From assembly GCA_965603825.1 (NCBI GenBank), contig CBFDEM010000005.1, forward strand, positions 744,001-808,000: a stretch of 64,000 bases of DNA, given 5' to 3'. The DNA comes from Blepharisma stoltei ATCC 30299 (Eukaryota; Protista; Ciliophora). A program made the translations under genes and the position numbers. Under the pieces are notes generated by a model. It was not told the DNA's origin and did not search any database. It saw only the letters and a list, made by a program, of their open reading frames with translations. Of the stretch, positions 47,123-58,074 are shown in pieces (the first letter of the stretch is position 1; each line of letters starts with the position of its first letter).

Positions 47123-48163
47123 ATGGAAAAAGAGTATAATCAGCAGCAAAAATATAGAGAATGGTTAGAGCAGTCGCATAGATTTGCATCAACTGTGGCT
47201 GGAATTTTGATAGAATGTCAGGAGCAGTCTAGAAGATTTAATGAAGACATGAATAAACTTGTGAATTTTATTTAGTTTGAGGATGGAAAAGAAGATTTCA
47301 ATATAATTAATTCAGATGCAAGAAAAAGTGCAAATAAAATTTTTGAAGAGTGTTACAGAAAAGAGCAAGAAGAAAAAGAAAAGATTGAAAGAGAATACCA
47401 ATTAAAATGCGAAGAAATTAAAGCTGGCAGAGCAAAATTCAGAGTAGAAAACATTGAGAAAGCATTCCAAATAGCCAAAATCTCTGCATTTTCAAAAATT
47501 AAAGAAAGACTGAGATCACTCCCAAAAATAAGTAAAAGCTGTAAAACTAATAGAATACCAAGGCCTCTATGAAGCATTATCATTGAATACTGTGACCCTG
47601 CTTCTAGATGCAAGCTAGAAAAGGTCTGCAGACTTCTATTTCATTTAGCAAATGAAATATGCCCTGCATGCACTTTAAGTATTGGAAGCGAAATATGTTG
47701 TAATTTTTGAAAAAGTCAAAGCATTATTCGAAGAATTGATATAAAATATGAGGATGCTAATTGCATGTATATTAAACGGGTTGTCCTTCAAAATATTGAA
47801 ATAAATGTATTTGAAAGAAATTTGTATTTTATTCGGAAAAATACTTGTGATAGAGACTTGCATTTTTGGGAACCTAAGAATGATGATAAGAAATATATTG
47901 TTTGCAGGTATTGTAGAAAAGGAGCGCAAATTAAAGAAATATGTGGAGCTCAATGTAGAAGCCATGGAGAGTTATGTATAACCAAAGGTTCTAAATTTCC
48001 TGCATGTAATAATCATAAATGCATATGCTGTATAGCTTCTCCAGAAATTGCTTCAGCTTTTAGGACAATGGATGCAATTTATTTAGATTGTAGGAAAGTT
48101 GTGATTAATAAAGGAGGAAAAAAGAACTTGAATGAGCTTGAATTTAAAGTCAAGCTTGCTTAA
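47123..48163 (+). CDS. Coiled-coil + F-box-like + Cys-rich protein; one 15-nt intron
   Basis: ATG 47123, intron 47261-47275, two TGA codons. IPRPL-W-SIIIEYCDPASRCKLEKVCRLLFHLA resembles an F-box. The 5' two-thirds are missing from the ORF track. Confidence 0.7.
47261..47275 (+). other. 15-nt intron GTGAATTTTATTTAG
   Basis: Phase-0 intron with a terminal in-frame TAG. The frame is open on both sides. Confidence 0.8.
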
Positions 48164-48253
48164 TTGTTAAAAAATTTTTTTTCAAATGTTCTTGATTATA
48201 TAAAAATAATTTTTCTTAATACAAACTTTACTTAAATTATAAGTTATAATAAA

Positions 48254-49966
48254 ATGTCAGATGAAGAAGCCACTTATGTAGTTGAACAAGTCACAATTAG
48301 CGAATCTGAAGACGAGTTCGACTACCAAGAAGTCTCAGTTGAGTCCGAAGAAGAATCAGTCCACGAGGAGCAAGACTACGAATCCTTAATCAACGCCACC
48401 AAGCCAAAAACAGAAACTGCCCAGCCTCCTATTGAAAAACTCGAAAGCAAGTTCACCTACTCCAACGAATCCACCGACGATTTCGTCAGAAACTTCTTAG
48501 TCAGGCTTGGCATGCAAAAAACCCTTGAAGCTTTCCAAGCTGAATGGTATGAGCTCAAAGCCAAAGGCAAACTTAAACATGAAGACATCGCCCCAGTACC
48601 TGACGTTTATTTAAAAAACCAAGAACTCAGAGACCTCGTCAGCGGAATGCGCAAAGACCTTGAGAAAGCTCAGCTGATTGCTGAAAAAGCTAAAGCGACC
48701 TGGGACAAGCTCAGGAAAAAGCGAGATTTCCATAAAATGCATCATAATAGAGTCCAGCAAGAAAAGGTAAAACTCTGCACAGATATAGACAAATTGAAAA
48801 AAAGCCACGAGCAGTATGAAAATAGGTATAAAGAGCTGGCTGCCAAATATGAAGCAGCAATGAAAGAAAAAATGCTGATGAAGCTAGAAAGAGATAGGCT
48901 GAGAGGGAAGGTAGAAAGCCTTGAAAAATCATTGAGTCAGACCCATCAAGAAGCTCCACCTGCAGTAGATACTAAAAAACTAACAGTAACTAAATCAAAA
49001 ACCAAACCGCCAGGTGCTCCATGGCCAGCTGAAAATAGGCCTAACCCTTATTTGGGTATAACAGCCCTTGAGCCAGTCCATATAGAGTCCTATACATGTA
49101 ACCGCACTTATAAAGGTCACCAGCTTGCTATATCAGGCTTGGCGTTGCACCCAAGAAAAGCCATTTTGGCCACTGTAAGTGACGACCATACCTGGAAAAT
49201 GTGGAGCATCACCAATGGAGAATTAATCATGTCTGGAGAAGGTCATACTGACTGGGTTTCAGGTGTCTGTTTCCACCCCAAAGGCACGCTTCTGGCTACT
49301 TGTTCAGGCGACCAAACAGTCAAAATCTGGGACTTTGTGAACGCAATCTGCATGTCTACCTTTACCCAGCATACCCAAGCAGTCTGAAATGTTGATTTTC
49401 ACGACACTGGCGACTTCTTAGCCAGCTGTTCTATGGACCATTCTTTAAGACTATGGGACATTTCGACAGGAAAATGCCGACAAAGCTATAGAGGACACGT
49501 AGATTCAGTCAACCATTGCAAATTCCAGCCTTATTCTAATATGCTGTGCTCAGCGTCAGGGGATAAAACAGTTTCAGTCTGGGATATGAGGAGCGCCCAA
49601 TGTGTCCAGACGTTTTATGGGCATTTAAATAGTGTAAACCATGTAAATTACTCCCATAGAGGAGATGCAATAGCCAGCTGTGATAGTGATGGAGTGGTAA
49701 AGCTGTGGGATGTAAAAATGGTAAGGGAAAGGACTCAGTTTGATAGTGGCCAACTACCGGCTAATGTAAGCATTTTTGATAAAAGTGGAGGAATTTTGGC
49801 TATTGGCAGCGAGGATGGAGGGATTTATTGCTTTAATACGCTGACATCAGAAGTAGTGCAGACGCTGACGCAACATGAACAAGGGGTGCAAGATCTTGTG
49901 TTTGATCCGAATGGGAGATTTTTGGTGTCAGGAGGTGCAGATGCGACATTTAGGATATGGCAGTAA
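48254..49966 (+). CDS. SPAG16: Axonemal central-pair WD40 protein SPAG16/PF20
   Basis: DDFVRNFL..LGM.KTL..FQ.EWYE, RDFHKMHHNRVQQEK and KEKMLMKLERDR, then seven WD40 repeats joined through QAV-W(TGA 49385). Confidence 0.93.
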
Positions 49967-50135
49967 TATTTTTAATTTTATTATTTATAATGCATTTTGA
50001 GGAGCTATCAGAGAAATTTGATTAATTATGACTAAGTAACTTTCAAAAAAATAGGAATTCTATAATAATTACAAATAGAGCTGGTCTATAATAAATATTA
50101 ATGCATTATATTTATTTATGAAAGCAAATATTAGA

Positions 50136-50576
50136 TTATTTATCAGTGTTATGGTTTATATATAATGAGCTCTCATATAACTCTTGTGGCTGCCTTAGCT
50201 TCAACCCAGAGCTACTATTTTTCTGTGAGCTATTTTTATTTCCTTCACTAAACCCTCCTCCTAAACTTCTAAATGGGAGTTGTAGCCTTTTATCATTTTT
50301 GATATCATAAGCTCTATATCCTACTAGCCCTCCAGGCACTTTTAAAATTACACAATTCGCTGTGTCTGGCTCTTGCTTGAACTGCTTAAGCGACTCTTCA
50401 TACACCCAATCTATCACATTTCCTTGGAGCTCCGCCTCATTTTTTCAAAATTTTACTTTGGTTTGAAATTCTCTCAATTTCTGTTTACTTTCTTCATAGC
50501 TTGGGTAGCACTTTACCATATGCCGATTGGATTGCTTTCTAACGATTCTTGGGGCTGTATATCGTGATTCAACCAT
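50136..50576 (-). CDS. Hypothetical small protein
   Basis: ATG at 50576, one in-frame TGA, same frame as the track ORF 50136-50417. Confidence 0.6.
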
Positions 50577-50652
50577 TTTGGCAAATTATTTAAATTAATT
50601 TCTATTTGTAAATAAATAACTAGGATTTGATTATTGTAAAAATAAAATAAAA

Positions 50653-52137
50653 TTACCGTTTTCTCTTTGGAACCTGTGTATTATGTCCTTTAGAGGTATT
50701 TTTTACGAATTTCATTTCAAAGTCTAAGTCTGAAACAGAACTTTTTGGGGTAAAACATTTCACTTTTGGAAGCTCGTTATTTTTTATATGCAAAGTAGAA
50801 TTTGTTTTTTGATGATGCGGGGTCATTTTTGTGGATTCTTTTGATTTTATAGAGTTTGGCAAGCTGTAAACAAATCAGCAGGTAAAAACTCCAATAGTAA
50901 CAATATACAAAATAACCACCAAAAACATCAAATTATTTAAGCTTTCTATTATTTCATCTTTTTCGTTCTGCTTTGACTGCATATCCTTCAATGAATTTCT
51001 AAGATTATCAATCTCAGACTGTAAAATTTCTAAACTCTGTGACTTTTTCAGCGCATCTGATATAAAATCATTTTCAAGGACTTTATTGTTTTCATTAGCT
51101 GTCTCAAGATCTTGGTTGAGCTTATCTACAATGGCTTGGTTATGCTCAGCTAATTCAACAAATAAATCTGTAAAAGCTTCAAGCTCGTCTAATTTTTTTT
51201 CTGTAACTGCGATGCTATCAATCATAGCTCTAAATGGGTCAAAAGTAGATTCATATGGAGCTATTTTTGTTTCTATAGGAGCTGGGGTGTTAGAATTATT
51301 AGGCTTTTCTTCATATGTAGCATTATTGAGAAACCATATAAAATCATGATAGCAAATATCTTCAAATTCAAGGGTTTTGTAGAGTGTGTATTCGTCTTTA
51401 ATGACGAATTTTATAGGATTTTTAGGTAAATCCAATGACACTCTTCTGTATTTTCTTAGTTTTTCTAATGGAGAATTGATATTACTTTCATTGTGGACTT
51501 CTTGTAGTAAATTTTGTTTTTGGTTACGCTTTTCTTCTAATGCTTCTTTTTTAGCTTTGAAATCGTCATTAATAGTCTTCAGAACGTTAGACCCAAAAAC
51601 TGAAAATTGTGTAAGTGAACAATAATACTCATTTCCATAATGAGTCTTTAGCACTAATTTCAGAAATCTTACCCATATTGGAGATGTCTTGAATTTTTGG
51701 AGACTTTGAGACCCCTCAAGCGTGAAGTTTCCAATTGGTATCCATTTCTGAGGTGGGTATTCAGTAGACCCAAACAGCTCAATTTCTTTAAATGGCGATG
51801 AATAGATCTCTCCTTGAATTATCATAAATTCGTCAATTGAAATGTCCTCACTAAGGCTTATATCAATCCATTTCTCGCCTAAATGGCAAGGAACCACCAT
51901 ATATCTGTCTCTATCACCACGTAAAATCCCTCCAGATCCAGACATCATTGAACTATGATCTAAGATTTTACCCCCAGAATCAATTGCTGCGTAGTCATAA
52001 CGAATCGAAATTTTTTGATGCGGCTTTGGGGTGTGTGCTGCAAAGTTAAATGGAATTGGAAGAATAAATCTGAGAAAAACTAATAAAAAAAGAGGAACTA
52101 TGAATGTTGGGAACAATGCGTCACTTTTGCTCATCAT
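50653..52137 (-). CDS. Mid-SUN domain membrane protein (SUCO/Slp1-like)
   Basis: DYAAIDSGGKIL...IL..DRDRYM..PC...LSEDI.I...YSS.FKE...S..YP...W...HYGNEYYCSLT, then a coiled coil, a TM helix, and a tail reached through TGA 50875. Confidence 0.88.
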
Positions 52138-52336
52138 TTTAAATAATATATTTCTTACTAATAGTGATATTAAGTTATTGCTTAAGAGGCATATTTAATT
52201 AGACAAAAAAATTTTATCAGCAGATTATTGCTGGTAAGATCCTTTCATAGTCAGACATATTATAATTATGTGTTCAATTTTACTGAAACCATTAACAATG
52301 TGGCAGGATTCTCCTATTAAATTAAAACATAATAAA

Positions 52337-52981
52337 TTAAACAGAGCTGAAATTTTCATATGGATCTTCATCTCCTGTCGACACTCTTTCTTTATCAGCT
52401 CCAATCGTTTGTGAAATTGTATCTTTCATATGAGCTGAAACAGCTTCATGATGTCTCATTTTATCGATTGCATACAGCAATCTAATTAAGGAATAAATAA
52501 GTCCTACTGTAGAAAGACCCACTGAACAAATCGTTGCCAAATTTCATTGGTCTAGAATGTGGTTATTATATGACTGAATTATGATTTCTGGGAATGATTC
52601 TAATGAGCCATCCAAAAATCCAGAAACTCTTGCAAAAGCTTCGACGACAAAAAAATCTCTTTCGTTAGGTTTGTTTATAAGCAAAGCTATTCCAAATAGA
52701 AAGAGTCCGAAACCAATAGGTTCTCCTATACTAATAATTAGACCAAGAATTATTTTGGTACAGAGACTTGTAGTGCTTTGTTTGCAGCAGTCTGATATGC
52801 ATATTGAAAATGTACCGAGGCAAAGTGCGAGCATTGGGGCAAAGAGAAAAAATACTGATAAATAGAATAAGGTATCTGAAGCAAAATCTTGAGTATAGAC
52901 GTATCAGACATCGCTACAGAAGTCAATAATTCGAACGAATCCGCCAGAAATAAGAAGGATAACATCAAAAGTTAAATTCAT
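52337..52981 (-). CDS. Small multi-TM protein with XK-related motifs
   Basis: One frame from ATG 52981 through two TGA codons. IIDFCSDV-W and LESFPEIIIQSY resemble the XK-family D..SD and ES.PQ..LQ motifs. Confidence 0.55.
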
Positions 52982-53171
52982 ATTTTATGGCGCGATTAAA
53001 ATTTTAAAAAAATTAATGGGATTATCATGGAGGATGATGATTTGTTAAGAAAATCCAATTTTACTGTATAATAAACTTTATAATAATTTGAATTATTTAC
53101 TTATAGCATTAGAAATTATTAAAACCATATAAATTAAATTTAAATTTAATAAATATTATATTTGAAGTAAA

Positions 53172-53792
53172 ATGGGCTGCTTCACTTCTAAATCATCACA
53201 TCAGCCAAATATCACTAATAGCCCAGTAAACCAGCCTGCACCACAACCTATACCACAACCACCTCCACAGCAGCCTCAAAGGCCTCCCTTGGCACCTCGC
53301 CAAAATCAAAAACCCGCATCCCAAGATGCCAAAATAAAAGTGGAATCTAAATTAACCCCTGACCAAGTAAAAGCAAGTGATTTTACACCTGCAAGTACTC
53401 AAAAAGGAATTTTTCCTTATAATTGTCCCATATGTTTTAAATATCTATCTAATATTTTAGTTACACAATGCTGCAAAAATTACATTTGCCATCTTTGCAT
53501 TTCAGAGCTGCAAAACAAGCATGTGAATTTTGAAATAGCATGCCCGCATTGCAAAGCGCAGCCACTTATAGTGGAAGATGTAGATTTAAGCGTATCTGTT
53601 AAGCGGTATTTTGATTCGCCTTATGGGACACTTAATAACAATACAAATCAAGGGAATAAGTGGATAACTCAGCTGCCTATGATAGGTGAAGACAAAGATG
53701 ATATTGATTTGAAAGAGAAAGAAAACAATAAAAGCTTTATAGTTGAGCCAGAAGAGCATCAAATAGCTCTAAATCTTTATGCAACTTCATAA
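53172..53792 (+). CDS. Predicted N-acylated (MGC) RING-finger protein
   Basis: MGCFTSK myristoylation/palmitoylation-type start, Pro/Gln linker, and CPIC...CCKNYICHLC...CPHC. Confidence 0.8.
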   Translation: MGCFTSKSSHQPNITNSPVNQPAPQPIPQPPPQQPQRPPLAPRQNQKPASQDAKIKVESKLTPDQVKASDFTPASTQKGIFPYNCPICFKYLSNILVTQCCKNYICHLCISELQNKHVNFEIACPHCKAQPLIVEDVDLSVSVKRYFDSPYGTLNNNTNQGNKWITQLPMIGEDKDDIDLKEKENNKSFIVEPEEHQIALNLYATS

Positions 53793-54410
53793 ATAATTTA
53801 ATTTGAAAATAATTTTAAAATTAAGCTTTGCTTTGAGAAAATAATGTATAGTGTAGCATTATTATCGTCTCAAAAATTGAAAATTAAAAATATTCAAATG
53901 CTAAGACATAGGCTATAATTGGATGAAATTTTATCAGATTTTCAATTCCAGAAACAAGGGCATAAGCAGTGCTAGCATCAGTGATAATATTCTTTAGTCA
54001 AAGAATTTCTATTTTAAATCTTTTTCTAATGCTTCATGGATCTAAGCGCAAGCCGGAATATCCACATTCCCGCCAGAATTCCAATGTGAATTCTCAGTGA
54101 TTTCTATACTTCTCCATCTTTCAGGATCATATGTGGCCAAACGTTCTCTAATACCTTATATTTATTTAAATTTAAATCTTTTCTATAAGCCATCACTACT
54201 TATATAAAAATCAAGAGAAACCTTTATGAGCATTAAGGAGTTTTTGCCAAATTAATAATAAAAAAATTCACTTTTTACGAACAATTCCGTAGTCTCAGGA
54301 GTCCTTTAAAGGTATGGGATGAAGGAAAATAATATTTTAAAGGCTCCCAAGTCTGGTGAGTTGTGAAGTTCCTTACAGAAATTTTTATAAGTCTGCCAAA
54401 CATTTTATAA

Positions 54411-54701
54411 ATGTGGCGATTGGCTAGAGCTATATCAAGGCGTAGTTTTGCGACTGTCCCTGCTGAAGAACTACAACAGAGAATTTTTGATGTTTTAAAG
54501 AAGTTTGATGCAGTTGATCCAGCGAAATTAAATAAAGATGCAAGCTTTAAAGACGTCGGCTTGGATTCTTTGGATACTGTAGAAGCTATTGTTGCATTAG
54601 AAGATATATTAGGCATAGAATTAGCTGACGATGAAGCCTTAAAAATCACAACTATTCCTGCAGCTGTCGAAGCATTCACAAAATCTCCAAAACCCCAATA
54701 A
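54411..54701 (+). CDS. Mitochondrial acyl carrier protein
   Basis: Arg-rich presequence and the phosphopantetheine site GLDSLDTVE. Confidence 0.93.
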   Translation: MWRLARAISRRSFATVPAEELQQRIFDVLKKFDAVDPAKLNKDASFKDVGLDSLDTVEAIVALEDILGIELADDEALKITTIPAAVEAFTKSPKPQ

Positions 54702-55360
54702 TTTAGATAAAGTTTGATAAATAGCTTAAAAGCTTCAAATGATAAAAATTTAATTGAGATTACTTAGATAGGGATTCATAGGATTTATGATGTAGATAAA
54801 CTGTTGAAAAGGAGAGAGGGAGAAAATTAATACGTATGAATAATAAAAAATTAAAAATAGAAGTAATAGAAGCTTCAAGATGCAAATATAGTGCTTAGTC
54901 CTTCAAAAGGATTTATAAAATTGCAACTTATAGTGCAAAGTTTTTATTCTAAACTTTTTATTATCAAAAGATTATAAATCAACCAATATTCAACCTTTAA
55001 AATTGAATTATGTATATACCGAGGCTGTAATTTTGAGTTGCTAAGCCTAAAATTAAATAGATTCACAATTTTCGACACAAAAATCAAGAAATAAAATTTA
55101 TACGCATGATATTAATAGAGTAAGTAATCAATTATATAGTGTTGAATTAAAATTTAAACGAAAAAAGCATAATTTTGATGAAAATTATTCATATTGATTT
55201 TTCAGATGAAGCCTTCTCAGCAGAAATAAATTCCCTAGAAAATAGGTAAGACCTCACCACAAAGTTCAGCCTCCTGTTTAAATTCTAGCCTTACCAAGCC
55301 ATTAATAGAGTATTTATTCAGTTTAAGAGAAAAATCAAGCATTAGATAATTGCTTACACC

Positions 55361-55681
55361 TTATTGATTTCTGATAAATTGATGAATAAGATAGCGCTTG
55401 ACGAACACTTTGATCTTCTCTACGGTAGACGGATCTGTTTGAAGCCTGCCCTTGTCTCCAACAATTATCTTCTTTACTATCCTACATAGAAATTACCTAT
55501 TTCTAGATTTCTCAATGGATTTCTTGCCGACCTGGATTTCTTCGTCAAATATAAGGCTTTTCATGACTTCTTTGACCTCAGATTTCACGATATCTTTGAC
55601 GAATTGGGCGAATTCCTCAGCAGAAGCCGTTTTCTGCTGAGTTTGTTTTTTAGACTTAGTTATATCAGCCTTAGTTTCCAT
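55361..55681 (-). CDS. Stand-alone SRI-like (Set2-Rpb1-interacting / SCAF11-PHRF1 C-terminal-like) domain protein; one 15-nt intron
   Basis: ATG 55681, intron 55482-55496, TAA 55361. The spliced product reads ...FVKDIVKSEVKEVMKSLIFDEEI...KSRNRIVKKII...VEKIKVFVKRYL. Confidence 0.55.
55482..55496 (-). other. 15-nt intron GTAATTTCTATGTAG
   Basis: Matches the consensus and removes an in-frame TAA. Confidence 0.85.
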
Positions 55682-56837
55682 ATTCAATAATTATTTGTGC
55701 GCCATCGATTTTAGGTCTCTTTCTAGAATTTAGGATTTTCTTGGCATTTAAGAACAATATTTTACCTTTTTGCTGTTTTCTTTAGTGATAATGTAATTCA
55801 GTAAATTTCATAAGGGAGATTCTATGAGAATTGTAAGAAGAGTTTGATCTTTAATTCTACTTTAGATGCCAGTCTAAAATAATACACTGATATTCTGCTG
55901 AATTAGGCCTCATTACCTCTTCTTTCCCATTTTAAGTGAAATTATATATGGATTTTCTCCTCTACTAGTATGAAATATTAGGATGATTTTGGCATATCAA
56001 AAATATCTATCTTTTACATATCCGAGATTAATTAAGGTCAGATAAACTCTGTGTTTAAATAATTATTTTTATGATTTTAATCTCCTTTTGGGGACTTTGA
56101 AGCTTAATAAATGGAATTACTAAATTATCTTGCAAATCAATATTATCCAATTTTCTCTTATATCTGTTTAAGACAAAAGAATAGGCAAATTTATGCTAAT
56201 TAAACACAAATGCAATATTATTTATTGAGTATTAATACCTAATTTTTGATTAAAGTAATTTAAAATAATTGGAATTTGAGCACTCATCAATACGATAAAA
56301 GCATCATAAGATTTTCTTTAAAATGCCAAACCATTTTTATATTTAATCTCATTTCATAATAATTTATTACGTAATTTTGTTAATAGATTTAAATACTAAA
56401 TTAAAAATTGTATCAAAATCTCTTAATAAAAGAATGGAAATAAAAGCCAAACAGAGTTCGGATTTGTCTAAAAAACCTAATATCACATTATTTACTTAGC
56501 AAAAACTACATTAGAGCTCTTCAAAACTCTCCATTCTTAATTTACCTTAAAGCATTTTCTCAATTGGATAACTCATTTTTTCTAGAAAACATACAACCTC
56601 AATCCTGAAATAATGACTAAGTGCTTAGAATTTGATTAGAATAAATCTCGGGTTATTCCGAATTATCAATTCAATTTATAATGGAAAATCTCGAACTAGT
56701 AGAATTTTGTACTTAGAATTATGATTTAGCCTTATTAATCAGAACTATTATACATAGCTTTCTATTACCAAAAAATTATTATTCGATAAGATAATATTGA
56801 CCAGATCCAAATATGGATTTAGATTATAAGAAAAATC

Positions 56838-57857
56838 ATGGACAATAACAACAATTTTGAAGTTCAGCAAATTGTTTGGGCAAAAATACGTGGCTATCCT
56901 TGATGGCCTGGAGTTGTATAATTTATATAGATTCATTCCATAGATCATAGAAAAAATGAATCAGAAGATGAAAAAATTTTTATCGTCTATTTTATAGGGG
57001 AAAATACTCAGTAATTATTATTCAGTGCTTCTTTGACATCAAAATATATAAATGACTTTGAAAAATTTTATGACCAGTATTCTAAAAGCAAAAATAAAGT
57101 AAAGTTTAAGTAGTGGCTATTAAGTTGCATACATATAGGAAAGCAATTGTTTGATGGGGAATTAGATGTAATGGATTTGGTAAATGTGAATGATACCCTG
57201 ATACGAAATAGACGAAGATCCAAAGCCAAAAAAGATGAATGCTATAAGACAGTAAATGAGCAGCTTATCAATCTCAAATTGTGCTTAGAAAAGCAGATAA
57301 ATAGCGATACTAAATTAAATCCACAGAAATCTAAAGACGAGCTTGAAAAATACCAAGACTCAATTATCCGATTTATTAGAGGAATAGCTCAACAAGAAAG
57401 CAGCGTCGGAGAGCTCTGTGATTGTTTATATGAACTTTCAAAATTTGACATATCGTATCAAAGCCCAATAGAGAAGCTTATTAAATTACTTATAAATGTG
57501 TGTGTTCATAGTAGTTGTAGCAAGCTGAAAGAAGTAGCATTTTTGGCTCAAAAATTAAGGGATTTCTGGAATTCAAAATCTGAGGAAAATAATGATTTTG
57601 GAAAAAAATCTGAATGGCCATATGTGCATGATAAGAAATTAAGAAAAAATGTCTGTTGGAAGATTTTTAAAGTTTTAGAACAAAAAGATTTTGATACACA
57701 AACAGCTCAAGAACTCGCGATTACAATAGAAGAAAATCTGAGAAAAAAAGACCCATCTATGTCTAGCTACTATAGAAATTTGTTCCGAAAAATGATCAGA
57801 GATATTAAATATTTAAGTCCAGTAGTTTATCGAACTGTTAGAAACGAAGTAGCCTAG
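56838..57857 (+). CDS. PWWP-domain protein with TFIIS-N-like helical region and TFIIS central (domain II)-like C-terminus; three 15-nt introns
   Basis: FEVQQIVWAKIRGYP-W(TGA 56901)-WPGV|I...VYFIGENT|HA...F. Introns at 56916-56930, 57011-57025 and 57099-57113. C-terminal LRKNVC..IF..L....AQELAITIEENL......YYRNLFRKMIRDIK. Confidence 0.85.
56916..56930 (+). other. 15-nt intron GTATAATTTATATAG
   Basis: Directly follows PWWPGV and contains in-frame stops. Confidence 0.88.
57011..57025 (+). other. 15-nt intron GTAATTATTATTCAG
   Basis: Restores PWWP VYFIGENTHA and removes a TAA. Confidence 0.88.
57099..57113 (+). other. 15-nt intron GTAAAGTTTAAGTAG
   Basis: Removes an in-frame TAG and joins the PWWP domain to track ORF 57147-57857. 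Confidence 0.85.
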
Positions 57858-58074
57858 ATATCAAACATTAGGTACTAAATTATGTATTATTAGCCTAATA
57901 ATTCTAAATTATACACTGTACTGTCACCATTGCTTTCTTATTTATATTTTCTATTAACAATTCTCTTTTTAAACCATTTATTGATAAAGCTATTTGTAAA
58001 ATATTTATTAGAAATAAAAATCGCTTCAAATGTCTTCCAGCCTTTATTACATATAATTATTGACAAAAATAAAA

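Noticed and set aside
54781-54860. Chromodomain-like fragment IYDVDKLLKRREGEN
   Set aside because: Very short, bounded by stops, with no start or downstream KW motif. Probably chance.
55682-56837. Possible retained IES, MITE or telomere-addition site in the long AT-rich spacer
   Set aside because: No terminal inverted repeats, telomeric repeats or transposase remnants were recognisable. It cannot be supported without germline reads.
11335-57857. A window-wide chromatin gene cluster (PHD-ELM2, H3-tail protein, Myb, DP, SRI-like, PWWP)
   Set aside because: The genes are dispersed among unrelated housekeeping genes, and their density is not clearly above chance for about 40 eukaryotic genes.
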